A stretch of 64,000 nt of DNA from a virus (IMGVR_UViG_3300046820_000495:1-64000), one strand, 5' to 3'; positions 9,753 to 19,931 are shown, counted from the first letter of the stretch. The notes: generated from the letters alone by a model not told the origin. Numbers and translations are program-made.

Positions 9753-11964
9753 CAGTAATTAAAAGTTCTGTTCCATCACTAGTGACGCGGTGTTTAGTAA
9801 TGCCATCGCGGATAATACGTTTAGCAATTGGTAGTCTAATTTGTTCGTTGATCAGGCGCTTCATTGGACGAGCACCCATTGTTTCGCTATAGCCGTGCTC
9901 TGCCAAGTAGTCCAGTGCTTTGTCATCATAGCTAACAGATTGATTCTGTCCATTAAGTTGTTCACGAATTTGATTCATAAACTTGTCAGCAATACGTCGA
10001 ATAACATCACGAGACAAGCGGTTAAACTTAACAGTAGCATCTAAACGATTGCGGAACTCTGGGCTAAAGAAACGCTTGACTGCTTCATCGCTGGCATCAT
10101 TGTTTAATCCGCCACCAAAGCCAATTACATTCTTTTCACTATCCACAGCACCCAAGTTAGACGTTAAGATAACAAACGCATTACGGGCACTTGCTTGCTT
10201 ATTGTCAGAACCTGTAACAATACCATTGTCCATTAAGCCAAGCAAGACTTGGATAACATCGGGGTGTGCTTTTTCAATTTCGTCAAATAGCAACACACAG
10301 TTTGGTACACGCTCTAGTTCGTTAATCAACTTACCTGAACCAGCTTTGCCCTCACCATAACCAACGTAACCTGGAGGGCTACCAATTAGGGAAGCAATCT
10401 TATGTGGCTCTTTGTATTCGCTCATATCAAAGCGAATCATTTCCATACCCAAGCCTTCGGCAAGTTGGTTAGCAAGTTCTGTTTTACCAGTACCAGTTGG
10501 ACCAACAAACAAAAAGTTAGCCATCGGGCGGTTTACTTCTTTTAAGCCTGACTTGGCAATATACACCATGTTCATTAGACGTTCAATTGCATTGTCTTGT
10601 CCAAATACGTTTGTACGCATACGGCTTTCAAGATCAGTAACTGCAACGTTTTTTTGCTCGCCTAACTGTTCAATTGGCACCCGAGTCAAATCGCTAATCT
10701 CTTGGCGAATATGATCCTTGGTAACGTCAGTGCCTGCAGGCGAGTTTGTAACACGCAAACGGGCCATGGCCGCATCAAGAATGTCAATTGCTTTGTCGGG
10801 CAATTTCTTGTCCAGCATGTACTTCATAGACAAGTCAATGGCCAAGTCGATTGATTCTTCACCAACTGCCAAGTTGTGATACTTGGCATACACAGGTATA
10901 ACTTGACGCAACATCTGCTTGGTTTCTTCAACTGAGGGCTCATTGATGTCAATCTTGGTAAAGCGGCGCAGTAAGGCACGATCTTTTTCAAAGTTCTCAC
11001 GGAACTCTTCATAAGTTGTGCTACCAATACAACGTAGCTTGCCTTTTTCTAAACTTGGCTTTAACAAGTTAGCAACGTCCATACTACCTTGTCCGCCTGC
11101 ACCTGCGCCCATGATCATGTGAATCTCGTCAATAAACAAGATAGCATCATCGCGTTCTTCTAGTGCTTCTAGAACATGTTGCATACGCTCTTCAAAGTCA
11201 CCGCGGTAACGTGTACCAGCAAGTAATTTGCCCATATCTAAACTGTAAACAGTTTTCTTCTTTAACACTTCTGGTACTTCATTGCGAATAATAGCTACAG
11301 CAAGTCCTTCTACAATAGCTGTTTTACCTACACCAGGTTCACCAACCATGATAGCATTGTTTTTCTTTTTACGAGTAAGTGTCTGTGCAAGTCGGAACAC
11401 TTCTTTCTCACGACCAATCAAGGGATCGATCAGTTGCTTTTCAGCACTCTTATTCAAGTTAGTAGTATACTTGCTGAGTACTTTTTCACTATCACGTTTC
11501 TTAGCGACCTTGCTTTCCTTGCTACGGCCATCTTTTAGTTTACCAACATAGGTAATGATAGCATCTTTGGTAACACCATTCTTGGCAAGGAAGAAGTTGG
11601 CATGGCTATTCTTTTCACTTGCAATACTGATCAGCAAGTCTAGTGGCTCCATGTGTCCACGGCCAGTAAAGATAGCCTGTGTGTATGCACGATTAAAGCA
11701 TCGTTCTAAGGTAGCTGTTTTGCGTGGTTTGGTTACACCCTCAACACGGATGTCTTCTTGGTCCCGTAACCACATATCAATTTCATCACGCAGGCCCATT
11801 ACATCTACTTGTAATTCACCAAGGATGTCTTTAATTTCTTCTTCTTCTAGCATGACACGTAGTATGTGCTCTAGTGTAACATACTCATGTTCACGGTTCA
11901 ATGCATCTTGGAATGCACGAGCAATAACTTCATTAATGCGTCCGTTGTTTTCTTCTTGATTCAT
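9739..11964 (-). CDS. clpA: ATP-dependent Clp protease ATP-binding subunit ClpA
   Basis: Clp N domain (HEYVTLEH), two AAA+ modules ([29 protein letters not shown]), IGF loop, no ClpB middle domain; start at 11964 chosen from SD and TAAATA at 11985-11990. Confidence 0.92.
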   Translation of the reverse strand: MNQEENNGRINEVIARAFQDALNREHEYVTLEHILRVMLEEEEIKDILGELQVDVMGLRDEIDMWLRDQEDIRVEGVTKPRKTATLERCFNRAYTQAIFTGRGHMEPLDLLISIASEKNSHANFFLAKNGVTKDAIITYVGKLKDGRSKESKVAKKRDSEKVLSKYTTNLNKSAEKQLIDPLIGREKEVFRLAQTLTRKKKNNAIMVGEPGVGKTAIVEGLAVAIIRNEVPEVLKKKTVYSLDMGKLLAGTRYRGDFEERMQHVLEALEERDDAILFIDEIHMIMGAGAGGQGSMDVANLLKPSLEKGKLRCIGSTTYEEFRENFEKDRALLRRFTKIDINEPSVEETKQMLRQVIPVYAKYHNLAVGEESIDLAIDLSMKYMLDKKLPDKAIDILDAAMARLRVTNSPAGTDVTKDHIRQEISDLTRVPIEQLGEQKNVAVTDLESRMRTNVFGQDNAIERLMNMVYIAKSGLKEVNRPMANFLFVGPTGTGKTELANQLAEGLGMEMIRFDMSEYKEPHKIASLIGSPPGYVGYGEGKAGSGKLINELERVPNCVLLFDEIEKAHPDVIQVLLGLMDNGIVTGSDNKQASARNAFVILTSNLGAVDSEKNVIGFGGGLNNDASDEAVKRFFSPEFRNRLDATVKFNRLSRDVIRRIADKFMNQIREQLNGQNQSVSYDDKALDYLAEHGYSETMGARPMKRLINEQIRLPIAKRIIRDGITKHRVTSDGTELLITDENT

Positions 11965-11995
11965 AACTACCTTTTCAATTTGAATATTTATTGTA

Positions 11996-12811
11996 CTACT
12001 TTTCCGCTTGTAGGTCAATGACCGTTTTGTCCTGATCCTCTGGATTTAGCTTAGGAATAGATACTTCCAATGTTATAAAAGCATTTCCCCTGGCACTTGT
12101 TCCCCTGACGTTAAATCCACGATTACGCAACCTAAGTTGTGATCCTGGTTGACTACCAGCAGGCACAGCAATTTGTATCACTGAGCCATCAATGTCTGTA
12201 ATTTCAACATCAGAGCCAAACATTGCTTGCCATACACTTATACGCATAGTGGCATGTAAATCGCGATGTACAAGGTTCCAGAATTTATGTGTTTCAACTT
12301 TTATTTTTGCATACAAATCGCCTGGCGGCTGATCCTTTATAAGCTGACCGCCATCTCCTGCAAAGCGTATTTTAATATCTTCTGTGCTTCCGGGCGGAAA
12401 TGTGATTTTCATTTCCTTTTCTGTACCGTCGGGCATGGTAAATGCTACATCTTTAGTAAATCCTGAATGCGCTTCTTCTAGTGTACAAGGTATTGAAATG
12501 TTTATATCTGGATTTTTAATTTCTGGTTCACGCCAGTCATCAAAGTTCCAATTACCGCCACGTTGTGTGCGTCTAATGATGTCATTTAAATCATTAAAGC
12601 CGCCAAATGGGCCACTGCCACGGAAGCCATTGAAGTTAGAAGTGTTGGCTCTACCCGAAGTGATAGCTTCGTATGCTTCTTTAATCTTTTTAAATTCTGC
12701 TTCACTACCACCGCGGTCGGGGTGGTGCTTCATTGCTAGCTTGCGGTAAGCCTGTTTGACTTCATCTGCGGTAGCATTTGATTCTAAGCCTAACGTTTTG
12801 TAATAGTTCAT
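11996..12811 (-). CDS. DnaJ-class co-chaperone (CbpA-like, no Zn finger)
   Basis: J domain with HPD, G/F-rich linker, DnaJ C-terminal domain (PGDLY, G-LRL-G). Confidence 0.9.
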   Translation of the reverse strand: MNYYKTLGLESNATADEVKQAYRKLAMKHHPDRGGSEAEFKKIKEAYEAITSGRANTSNFNGFRGSGPFGGFNDLNDIIRRTQRGGNWNFDDWREPEIKNPDINISIPCTLEEAHSGFTKDVAFTMPDGTEKEMKITFPPGSTEDIKIRFAGDGGQLIKDQPPGDLYAKIKVETHKFWNLVHRDLHATMRISVWQAMFGSDVEITDIDGSVIQIAVPAGSQPGSQLRLRNRGFNVRGTSARGNAFITLEVSIPKLNPEDQDKTVIDLQAEK

Positions 12812-12820
12812 AGCCTTAAC

Positions 12821-12849
12821 ATTATAACACTAAAAAGTTATAGTGTCAA
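12821..12849 (-). promoter_or_regulatory. sigma70-type promoter
   Basis: TTGACA-17 nt-TATAAT. Confidence 0.85.
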
Positions 12850-12852
12850 GGG

Positions 12853-13125
12853 TCACTTTACTTCTTCGAAAATTTTCTTTTGGTCTCTATACCAGGCCCT
12901 CCAAGCATCAACTTTAACAGAACACTCATAGTATGCTGTATAGTTTTCGCTAACGGTCCTGGCAATTTCACTCAAGGAAGATTTTTCGTTGTCTAATTTT
13001 CTTAGTGGAAGGCAACGTTCGTAAATGATTTCCGGTGCTTCTGGAAACTTTTGTCTAACTGGTACCGCTGTAGTAGAGCAACCAGTTAGTAGAGCCAATG
13101 CTACAATAGATAATGTGTATTTCAT
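12853..13125 (-). CDS. Putative o-spanin lipoprotein (Rz1-like)
   Basis: Lipobox LLTG-C, proline-containing short periplasmic domain, overlaps stop of i-spanin-like gene. Confidence 0.7.
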   Translation of the reverse strand: MKYTLSIVALALLTGCSTTAVPVRQKFPEAPEIIYERCLPLRKLDNEKSSLSEIARTVSENYTAYYECSVKVDAWRAWYRDQKKIFEEVK

Positions 13126-13601
13126 TTTTTAGCATCCTTTGACGTTGGTTTTTCGGCGGCCATGTTAACTGCTGTTATGAACTCTTTGGGGATTTCACAT
13201 TGTCCTCCAGCGGCAAACTTTGTATCATACTTGACAATTTCTCTGTCAACGTACTTGACAACTTCGTCGCCCTTTTCTTTGACTACTTTAACTTTGTCAA
13301 CGTACTTGGTAATAACTTTAACGTTTTGTGTTGCGGCTTTGGCTTCTGCTTGGGCAACTTTTTGCTCTGCTTCGGCAACCTTTGCTTTCCACTCTGTATC
13401 TTTGGCAATGCCGCCTTCGTACCATACACCTAGTACAGTAAGAACTACACCTACCATCTGCAATGGCACACGATATTGCATTGCCATGGGAATGAATCTA
13501 ACTGGCAATACCTTAATCATCCAGCTGGCCACAAGAGCAAGCAAACCTAGAATTAGCACTAGGTGAAAAACAACGTCAGGCAACCAGTTTAATATCCACA
13601 T
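13122..13601 (-). CDS. Putative i-spanin (Rz-like)
   Basis: N-terminal TM helices, coiled coil, C-terminal Cys motif (CEIPKEFI). Confidence 0.68.
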   Translation of the reverse strand: MWILNWLPDVVFHLVLILGLLALVASWMIKVLPVRFIPMAMQYRVPLQMVGVVLTVLGVWYEGGIAKDTEWKAKVAEAEQKVAQAEAKAATQNVKVITKYVDKVKVVKEKGDEVVKYVDREIVKYDTKFAAGGQCEIPKEFITAVNMAAEKPTSKDAKK

Positions 13602-13609
13602 GTTTATTT

Positions 13610-13831
13610 TTATCCTTTATGTCGGTATATGATCCTACCTTTTGAAGTGTCATATACACTCATTTCTACATCAACTGCATCTCCTGGTATGATTGTAATT
13701 CTATTCATACGCAGTTTTCCTGCTAAGTGTCCTAAAATACTTTGCCCTGTTTCTAAATCAATTTGGAACTGAGCATTGGGTAGGGCTTCTGTTACTCTGC
13801 CCCTTAGAGTAAAATTATCTTGTTTCGACAC
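13610..13831 (-). CDS. infA: Translation initiation factor IF-1
   Basis: G-VTEALPNA-F, GKLRMNRI-I-PGD-V-VEMS-YD-KGRIIYR; GTG start. Confidence 0.93.
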   Translation of the reverse strand: MSKQDNFTLRGRVTEALPNAQFQIDLETGQSILGHLAGKLRMNRITIIPGDAVDVEMSVYDTSKGRIIYRHKG

Positions 13832-13833
13832 GT

Positions 13834-14322
13834 TTAATACTTTGTTAAGTTTTTCATTCGGAGGTACCAGGCCCTGGATTCTGGGGGTAAGTCATAAAGT
13901 TTTGGGTCTTGTACTATTGAAGCGTTTAAGTTGCCAATATTTAATTCTAGTCGTTTGCCATCCATGCCTACAAATTTCCAATCTTGAGCTTCTGTTGCAT
14001 GTTCAATATCTTTTATAATGTCTATAATTTTCTGGTTTAGGCCTGGTAGCCTTTTTAATTCTATGTATACGTGAAACTTGCCGCTTTCATCACTGGCATC
14101 ACTGGCCTCAACATCCTCAATGCCGGCACTTGACCATTCTAAGTAGGCGCCTAAGTCAACAGCTACTTCGTTAGTTGAGCATTTGAATGCTATGACAACG
14201 GTTTCGCTTTCGGTGCCAAGCTTAGGCTTATAACGGTCAATCTCAATTAACTCGTCAACGGTATTGCGTAGATCGCCTTCGCGAAGGCTTTCATTAAGCT
14301 TGTACTTCTTGACCTTGTTCAT
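13834..14322 (-). CDS. Hypothetical protein
   Basis: 162-aa ORF, SD upstream. Confidence 0.65.
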   Translation of the reverse strand: MNKVKKYKLNESLREGDLRNTVDELIEIDRYKPKLGTESETVVIAFKCSTNEVAVDLGAYLEWSSAGIEDVEASDASDESGKFHVYIELKRLPGLNQKIIDIIKDIEHATEAQDWKFVGMDGKRLELNIGNLNASIVQDPKLYDLPPESRAWYLRMKNLTKY

Positions 14323-14854
14323 TCTGTGGGACTTCTTCTGGTGGTGCGTCTTGCTCGTTCTTTAAGCCATTTTCGCCATCTAACTCTTCATCGTATGCGG
14401 CTTCAATGCTGTCATAATCAACATCATCTAAGTCTTTGATATCTTCGCTTACGTTTAACAATGCCTTTGGCACTCTTAAATTAACTAGCCAAACTTTTTT
14501 CTTGACTGGCCTTGGTACTTTTTGTCCCTCTTCATTTGTAATGACATCTTCGGGACCGTTTACCTTGGCAAATGTAGTTAATGTATCTTCGCCAAACTTG
14601 ACCTTACATCCACTTTTAATCAAACGCATAGCGGCATCTGGATTTGGCATAAGCTTGCGAGGGTACATTAGTGTTAGTTCGACCCAGTGACGCTCAACAA
14701 ATGGACCATCTACAATCTCACCTTTAATCCAGTTTTCGTAGGCATAAACATCCATACGGTCTAATACACGGTCAATTTCAACTAACGTGTCAATAACGTT
14801 AGGACTACGGTGTATTGTGTCTAGGTTTTTGTAAATTAAATCTTGTGTTGGCAT
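14294..14854 (-). CDS. Hypothetical protein with acidic C-terminus
   Basis: 186-aa ORF, TAAATA 7 nt upstream of ATG. Confidence 0.65.
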   Translation of the reverse strand: MPTQDLIYKNLDTIHRSPNVIDTLVEIDRVLDRMDVYAYENWIKGEIVDGPFVERHWVELTLMYPRKLMPNPDAAMRLIKSGCKVKFGEDTLTTFAKVNGPEDVITNEEGQKVPRPVKKKVWLVNLRVPKALLNVSEDIKDLDDVDYDSIEAAYDEELDGENGLKNEQDAPPEEVPQNEQGQEVQA

Positions 14855-14861
14855 AGTCAGA

Positions 14862-14915
14862 TATTTAGCTCTTTATTGCCATTACCCTAGCCAAGATTGT
14901 GGTCTGGCTTAAATA
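14862..14915. promoter_or_regulatory. Divergent pair of putative late promoters (TAAATA)
   Basis: tattta at 14862-14867 (minus) and taaata at 14910-14915 (plus, ahead of phoH). Confidence 0.5.
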
Positions 14916-15023
14916 CTTTTGGTTCAGCGATGAATCAACCCTGACGTAGTTGGGTTGACATTTGAAGAAATCTATTATTTTTAACATAAATCAGCCCTTT
15001 GCGTTAGTTTGTAAAGGAGCAAG

Positions 15024-15782
15024 ATGAGAAATAAGCAAAAACGTGTCCCACAGCAGGACCGTAAAGCGGCGTTTGATGGCAACGCAGTTATAGATTTGAA
15101 TCATTTTCGAGACACCGACACAAAACCATCCAAGTATAAACGAGTGGAAATTACGCCACGTAATTTGCGCCAGGAAGACTATCTGGCTCACTTAGAAAAC
15201 TCCCGCAAAGACATGGTATTTGCCCTAGGACCAGCTGGTACGGGTAAAACGCTCATCGCCACGTTATGGGCAGTAAAGCAATTAAAAGCAGGTGCAATTG
15301 ATCGCATAGTAATCACTAGACCAGCAGTCAGTGTTGATGAACAACACGGCTTCTTACCAGGTGATCTAATGAGTAAAATGGCTCCATGGACTCGTCCTGT
15401 TTTTGATGTGTTCCGAGAATACTGGAATGCCAAGCAGATTGAAGGCATGATTGCCGAAGGTATAATAGAAGTTGCTCCTCTAGCATACATGCGCGGCCGC
15501 ACTTTTAAAGATAGTGTTGTCATTGCAGACGAAATGCAAAATGCCACAGCCAGTCAAATGAAGATGTTACTTACACGCATAGGTGACGGTAGCAAGTTTG
15601 TTATTACTGGTGACCTTGGACAACACGATCGAGGATACGAGCACAATGGCCTTAAAGACTTTATGGAAAAACTTATCAACAACGATAGATCCAGTAGACT
15701 TGCTGTTGTAAAGTTTGAAGTGGCTCATGTAGAACGTCATCCTGCTGTAGCTCAGGTGTTAGGAGTTTATAACGAAGACTGA
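15024..15782 (+). CDS. phoH: PhoH-family ATPase
   Basis: GPAGTGKT, RIVITRPAV, GFLPG, YMRGRT, DEMQN, TGD, RHP motifs. Confidence 0.93.
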   Translation: MRNKQKRVPQQDRKAAFDGNAVIDLNHFRDTDTKPSKYKRVEITPRNLRQEDYLAHLENSRKDMVFALGPAGTGKTLIATLWAVKQLKAGAIDRIVITRPAVSVDEQHGFLPGDLMSKMAPWTRPVFDVFREYWNAKQIEGMIAEGIIEVAPLAYMRGRTFKDSVVIADEMQNATASQMKMLLTRIGDGSKFVITGDLGQHDRGYEHNGLKDFMEKLINNDRSSRLAVVKFEVAHVERHPAVAQVLGVYNED

Positions 15783-16351
15783 ACTAACTTGTAAATTTCA
15801 GCCCAGTCATTAACCACTGGGACTGCACCTTTGTAATCTGCGTTATGGGGGACGGACATTAAAAGTGGTCGTAACCCATAACCTAATCCAAGTTCTGCGT
15901 TTGACGGTTTGTCTTCAATCCAAAACAATTTACTGTCTTGATAGTTCTTAAGTACCACGCCTTTGTCGCTATGTAAAGGCAAAATGTGTATTTCATTAAA
16001 AATACCTTCGCCAAAGATTTTATCTAAATTGCTTTTGCGAAGGCCCGGCGTCCACGGATGGGTTCCTGCTGTTGTAATGATTATAAAGTTCCATCCTTCA
16101 GTATGCAGGCGCTGTACAAACTTAACGCTGTCTTTCCATGCGGGTAATGATTCAAAGTCACTGCTAGAATTAAACTTAGCAATCAGTTCTACACTTTGTT
16201 CATAGGAGATTCCATACTGCTCTCTAATGCCGTATACGTTAAGGCAATGTGGGTTAAGCCTATAACCAAGCCGTTCCATCCAAGGACGAAACTTAATTTC
16301 CCAATCTAGTAATACCCCATCGCAATCAGTTAAAATAGTTTTATTAACCAC
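15767..16351 (-). CDS. HAD-superfamily phosphatase / 5'-nucleotidase-like
   Basis: DCDGVLLD motif I and WIEDK motif IV. Confidence 0.75.
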   Translation of the reverse strand: MVNKTILTDCDGVLLDWEIKFRPWMERLGYRLNPHCLNVYGIREQYGISYEQSVELIAKFNSSSDFESLPAWKDSVKFVQRLHTEGWNFIIITTAGTHPWTPGLRKSNLDKIFGEGIFNEIHILPLHSDKGVVLKNYQDSKLFWIEDKPSNAELGLGYGLRPLLMSVPHNADYKGAVPVVNDWAEIYKLVQSSL

Positions 16352-17267
16352 GTACCAACCTCTCTAGTTCAACAAACGTTGCACTTAAATTAATCTCTGC
16401 ATCTGCTACCAAGCCGTGGTTAACTAAACCTTTGCGAACAATTAACAATGCTTGATCTTGTGTATCTACATCCGCACCCCATAGATCCAAATTGCGATAC
16501 ATGAAGCGATACATATCCTCATATTCTTCTAAGCTAATCTGTTTGATGATCAAGTTACGTGCTTCACGCAACCTACCTTGCCTAAACAAATCTACCATGG
16601 CAAGTTTATAATCACTTTCGGCATCTTCTTCTTTGGGTGCTTCTAGGTTACCAGTTACACTACGCATTTGGATAGTGTTAATGCCCTTACGCAAATCTGG
16701 GAAACAGGCTTTGACATAAAGCTCTAAAGTTTCCTTGTCTGTTGTGATGCCTTCCTTGTACAGGATCAAGGCCAGCTGTCTAAGATAGCCTTCCTCATCC
16801 AATGTCTTAAAGCTGATGGTCTGACAACGACTATGTAATGCAGGGATAATCTTGTTGGGATAGTTGCAAGTTAAAATAAATCTAACGTTCTCGCTGTACT
16901 GTTCAATCATACCACGCAAGATGCCCTGCGCTGGCTGTGAAATGTAGTCAGCTTCATCTAGTAGCACAATCTTAAAAGGACCCATACTCATGGTGCTACA
17001 AAAGTTGGCAATCTTACCACGCAGGTCATCTACGCTGTTGTCACGACTTGCATTAATGTGCAAGAATTCACTGGGCTCAATGCCAAGAGCATTTACAAGA
17101 ACCTTAGCAAGAGTTGTTTTGCCTGCACCAGCTTTACCTGCTAGCAACAGGTGTGGAATGTAGTTGTCTTTAATCCAACTCTTGACCATGTTCTCTTGGT
17201 CGCTGTCAATCCAAACATAATCATCAACAGTAGTTGGGCGATACTTCTCTACCCATAGTTCTTTCAT
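16344..17267 (-). CDS. Sliding-clamp loader AAA+ subunit (RFC small / T4 gp44-like)
   Basis: LWVEKYRP, GKAGAGKTT, INAS, LDEAD, SRC motifs. Confidence 0.92.
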   Translation of the reverse strand: MKELWVEKYRPTTVDDYVWIDSDQENMVKSWIKDNYIPHLLLAGKAGAGKTTLAKVLVNALGIEPSEFLHINASRDNSVDDLRGKIANFCSTMSMGPFKIVLLDEADYISQPAQGILRGMIEQYSENVRFILTCNYPNKIIPALHSRCQTISFKTLDEEGYLRQLALILYKEGITTDKETLELYVKACFPDLRKGINTIQMRSVTGNLEAPKEEDAESDYKLAMVDLFRQGRLREARNLIIKQISLEEYEDMYRFMYRNLDLWGADVDTQDQALLIVRKGLVNHGLVADAEINLSATFVELERLVRG

Positions 17268-17431
17268 TTGTATTCCTTTGCCTTTAGTGGTTTAATTAGT
17301 GTGTTTAATTGGTCTGCACATTTTCTCAAATCTGCGGCAAGAGTGCCTCGCCCAATCTCATGCTCCACAAGTCGAGCAATATCATGAAGCTTAATAACGG
17401 CCTCAGTCAGTTCATAATCAGATTCAATCAT
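17264..17431 (-). CDS. Hypothetical protein
   Basis: Small ORF tiling the operon; start trimmed to ATG at 17431. Confidence 0.5.
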   Translation of the reverse strand: MIESDYELTEAVIKLHDIARLVEHEIGRGTLAADLRKCADQLNTLIKPLKAKEYK

Positions 17432-17681
17432 AGCTTTTAAGTGTTTGTTTAATGTCTTTGTGTTTAACAATTATAAACGATTTGTAGTCTTTGTCAACCT
17501 TCATTGGAAGATCCAAGTGGATGGTTACCTCTGGGCCGTCAATGTTGTTAATAAGCCTGTCGTTACCTACTGTGCCAACGAATGGAATCTTCTTATAGTG
17601 ACCAAACACACGGTCGCCAATTTGATACTTGCCGCGATAGCCTATGCGTTCAAAGTAATCAGTTTGGCTTCCCATCACCAA
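17424..17681 (-). CDS. Hypothetical protein (SH3-like?)
   Basis: 85-aa ORF, YQIGDRVFG motif, tiles with neighbours. Confidence 0.55.
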   Translation of the reverse strand: MVMGSQTDYFERIGYRGKYQIGDRVFGHYKKIPFVGTVGNDRLINNIDGPEVTIHLDLPMKVDKDYKSFIIVKHKDIKQTLKSYD

Positions 17682-17872
17682 GATTCCACATCAGTGATAT
17701 CGATAGTGGTATCTTCTGGTTCAAATGTTTGATACTTTACTACAATGCCTAAACCAATACCAGACTGCTCATGTTCCCAGCTAAGTGTAAAGCTATCAAC
17801 GTCATTTACCTTGTTAGCAAGCTCTCCTAGTTGCTGTATTTGTTTTCTAGATAATCTAATTGAACTTCTCAT
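17675..17872 (-). CDS. Hypothetical protein
   Basis: 65-aa ORF with overlapping start/stop. Confidence 0.55.
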   Translation of the reverse strand: MRSSIRLSRKQIQQLGELANKVNDVDSFTLSWEHEQSGIGLGIVVKYQTFEPEDTTIDITDVESW

Positions 17873-18036
17873 ACTAGTTCCTCAACAATGCCTAACACTT
17901 CTGCCATAATAAGACAGACGCCTGCCATTAGCAAGTTGCCTGTAATCAAACAGCCGCCTGCTACGATACGAATAGCACTCTTTGCAAGGCTAACATAAAA
18001 ATGCCCACGACTTATGTCTTTAGGTTGTACTTCCAT
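17869..18036 (-). CDS. Small membrane protein, 55 aa (MEVQPKDISRGHF...)
   Basis: Manual translation; hydrophobic; fills gap with overlapping start/stop. Confidence 0.6.
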   Translation of the reverse strand: MEVQPKDISRGHFYVSLAKSAIRIVAGGCLITGNLLMAGVCLIMAEVLGIVEELV

Positions 18037-18257
18037 TATTCTTTTCCTTCTAATTTTTCTAAGAACACATCTTGATCATGTTCTCTCAACCATTCATCTT
18101 CGTCTACAAATGTTGAACATCTATTGAGTTGCTTTTTAACAGCCCAATAGATTTTATAAAGTTCTTGTTTATGCGGCCAGTTATAGTATCCGGTCATATT
18201 CGGATCTGTAGCTTTGTTGCCTAGCTTTTGGATTTCCCAAATGATATCATTTGTCAT
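18036..18257 (-). CDS. Hypothetical protein
   Basis: 73-aa ORF. Confidence 0.55.
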   Translation of the reverse strand: MTNDIIWEIQKLGNKATDPNMTGYYNWPHKQELYKIYWAVKKQLNRCSTFVDEDEWLREHDQDVFLEKLEGKE

Positions 18258-18421
18258 TTTCCAAACAACTTTCTTATACTTGTAAACAAATTAAGAAACC
18301 TAGCCTTGTAAGGATCAGACAAGATCTGTTCTGCTAGGCTAGGATGGTGTGGGCAACGGCCCTGGTTGTAATCACACGATGGTGAATATGTCTTATGGCA
18401 AGTTGTGCATTTAGTATTCAT
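18254..18421 (-). CDS. Small Cys/His-rich protein
   Basis: CTTC...C...CPHH; ATG 6 nt after the -10 box. Confidence 0.55.
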   Translation of the reverse strand: MNTKCTTCHKTYSPSCDYNQGRCPHHPSLAEQILSDPYKARFLNLFTSIRKLFGK

Positions 18422-18427
18422 GTCACT

Positions 18428-18456
18428 ATTATAGCGTACACAAATACTAAAGTCAA
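18428..18456 (-). promoter_or_regulatory. sigma70-type promoter
   Basis: TTGACT-17-TATAAT. Confidence 0.75.
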
Positions 18457-18458
18457 TG

Positions 18459-18833
18459 TTATCGTGCGCCGAAATCTTCCGCTTTGGCGCCGTCGGGCTT
18501 GGTGTCAATGCCAACACCTACAAAGTCATCGTCTGGTAACTCATCTGTTACAATAAGACATTCCTTGTTATCCAGGTGGACCAACTTCATTTTTTCGCCG
18601 GCGTGTTCGCATTCAAACTGGCGGCTCCATCTGCCGTGTGCCACTAACACATATTGGCCTGGTCGCACCCAATCAATGCCCTCACCTACTAAACGGACTC
18701 GGGCCCAACGTGGGCGAATGCCACGGTCCTTGCCGTTTTCACTTTGAATAATAATACCGCTTGATGTGACTCGTTGTTCAAGCCCCATAAGTTCTGCTAA
18801 TACACGCTCTTGTAAAGGTCTAATGATTGGCAT
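18459..18833 (-). CDS. GroES-like co-chaperonin
   Basis: IRPLQERVL, TSSGIII mobile loop, VGEG, V-PGQYVL. Confidence 0.82.
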   Translation of the reverse strand: MPIIRPLQERVLAELMGLEQRVTSSGIIIQSENGKDRGIRPRWARVRLVGEGIDWVRPGQYVLVAHGRWSRQFECEHAGEKMKLVHLDNKECLIVTDELPDDDFVGVGIDTKPDGAKAEDFGAR

Positions 18834-19225
18834 TATAGGCTCGTTGGGGTTGGTGTAGATTTTGGAACAACTTGAATACTGCCATCGCTGTATTCAATCT
18901 CCGTAGACGTACCGCTTTCTGTTACAATATCACGAGTACCAACAATAGTAGGCCCTGTAGAACTTGGTGTACCGGTTGGTGCTGTGTTCTTAATTTCAGC
19001 ATCAGCTTTTAAACTAACCGATGATGTTTCATTGTTTTTAAGATTAGCACTTGCTCGTGAAATAACTTGGTTAGGAATCTTAACGTTTCCTCTAGAATCA
19101 ATGATGTCACCTCTGGCATTCATTGAAGCATTTCCAACAGCACGTACATCGCCATTTTTTTCTGCAAAGGCGGTCATGTTGAATTCTTTGCCCCTGTGCG
19201 TTTTGTATCTTGGTGTTACACTCAT
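18833..19225 (-). CDS. Hypothetical protein
   Basis: 130-aa ORF (AVGNASMNARGD). Confidence 0.6.
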   Translation of the reverse strand: MSVTPRYKTHRGKEFNMTAFAEKNGDVRAVGNASMNARGDIIDSRGNVKIPNQVISRASANLKNNETSSVSLKADAEIKNTAPTGTPSSTGPTIVGTRDIVTESGTSTEIEYSDGSIQVVPKSTPTPTSL

Positions 19226-19698
19226 CTAATAAACTCCTCTATTCCTAAGTTATACTTAATCGGATTGATCTGGTGGAGTCCAACCAAGTAAAGTAAAAAC
19301 GAGCTAACTGAGCTACCTCGTCCAACTCCCCAAACAATCTTATGTTCTTCCATTAATTTTACTAAAAATATCATGAACCTTAGCATTGTTTCTAATCCAC
19401 GTTCGCGGAACAATGCCAATTCCTCTGCTACTCTTATAGCTTCTTCTACAGTAGAAACCTTATTAGCAAAGTATATATCTAAGTCCATGGTCTTGTATTC
19501 TTCTGGCATATCCCATTTTGAACTTGCTTCCTCCAATGATTCTGGAAGTTCTTTAACGCTAAAGATAGGATCTTGCCCAAGCTTGTTGCAACCATCAAAG
19601 TACAAACCAAGTATATCTGGCGTAACTGTTAACGGGCCTGCTTTGTCTTGGTAAAGTAACTCTACCAAATCTGATTCTTTTATCATTGTAGCTGGCAT
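19222..19698 (-). CDS. DNA polymerase III alpha (DnaE)-like fragment
   Basis: R-EEL-LF, IVWGVGRGSSVSS-LLY-G-INPIKYNL-F resembles the DnaE GRGS region; only 158 aa. Confidence 0.75.
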   Translation of the reverse strand: MPATMIKESDLVELLYQDKAGPLTVTPDILGLYFDGCNKLGQDPIFSVKELPESLEEASSKWDMPEEYKTMDLDIYFANKVSTVEEAIRVAEELALFRERGLETMLRFMIFLVKLMEEHKIVWGVGRGSSVSSFLLYLVGLHQINPIKYNLGIEEFIR

Positions 19699-19699
19699 G

Positions 19700-19927
19700 T
19701 TAGGCAATGCTGTCGTTGAATTGGTCACCGTCTTTGTTGCTTGCTTCAAAGCTTTGTTTGTATCCAATTTCCCACATGGCGTGTTTAATTGCTTCCATGT
19801 GTGCTAACATTTGATTCATTACTTCATGACTAGCACCGCCTTGGAAAGCGGCGTTGTATTTTTTAGTAATAAATCTTTGACGCTCCATCAGTTGCTCAAA
19901 GTTCATTGCGCTGTAGTTTGGATCCAT
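19700..19927 (-). CDS. Hypothetical protein
   Basis: Helical ORF; start trimmed to ATG at 19927. Confidence 0.5.
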   Translation of the reverse strand: MDPNYSAMNFEQLMERQRFITKKYNAAFQGGASHEVMNQMLAHMEAIKHAMWEIGYKQSFEASNKDGDQFNDSIA

Positions 19928-19931
19928 ATTA

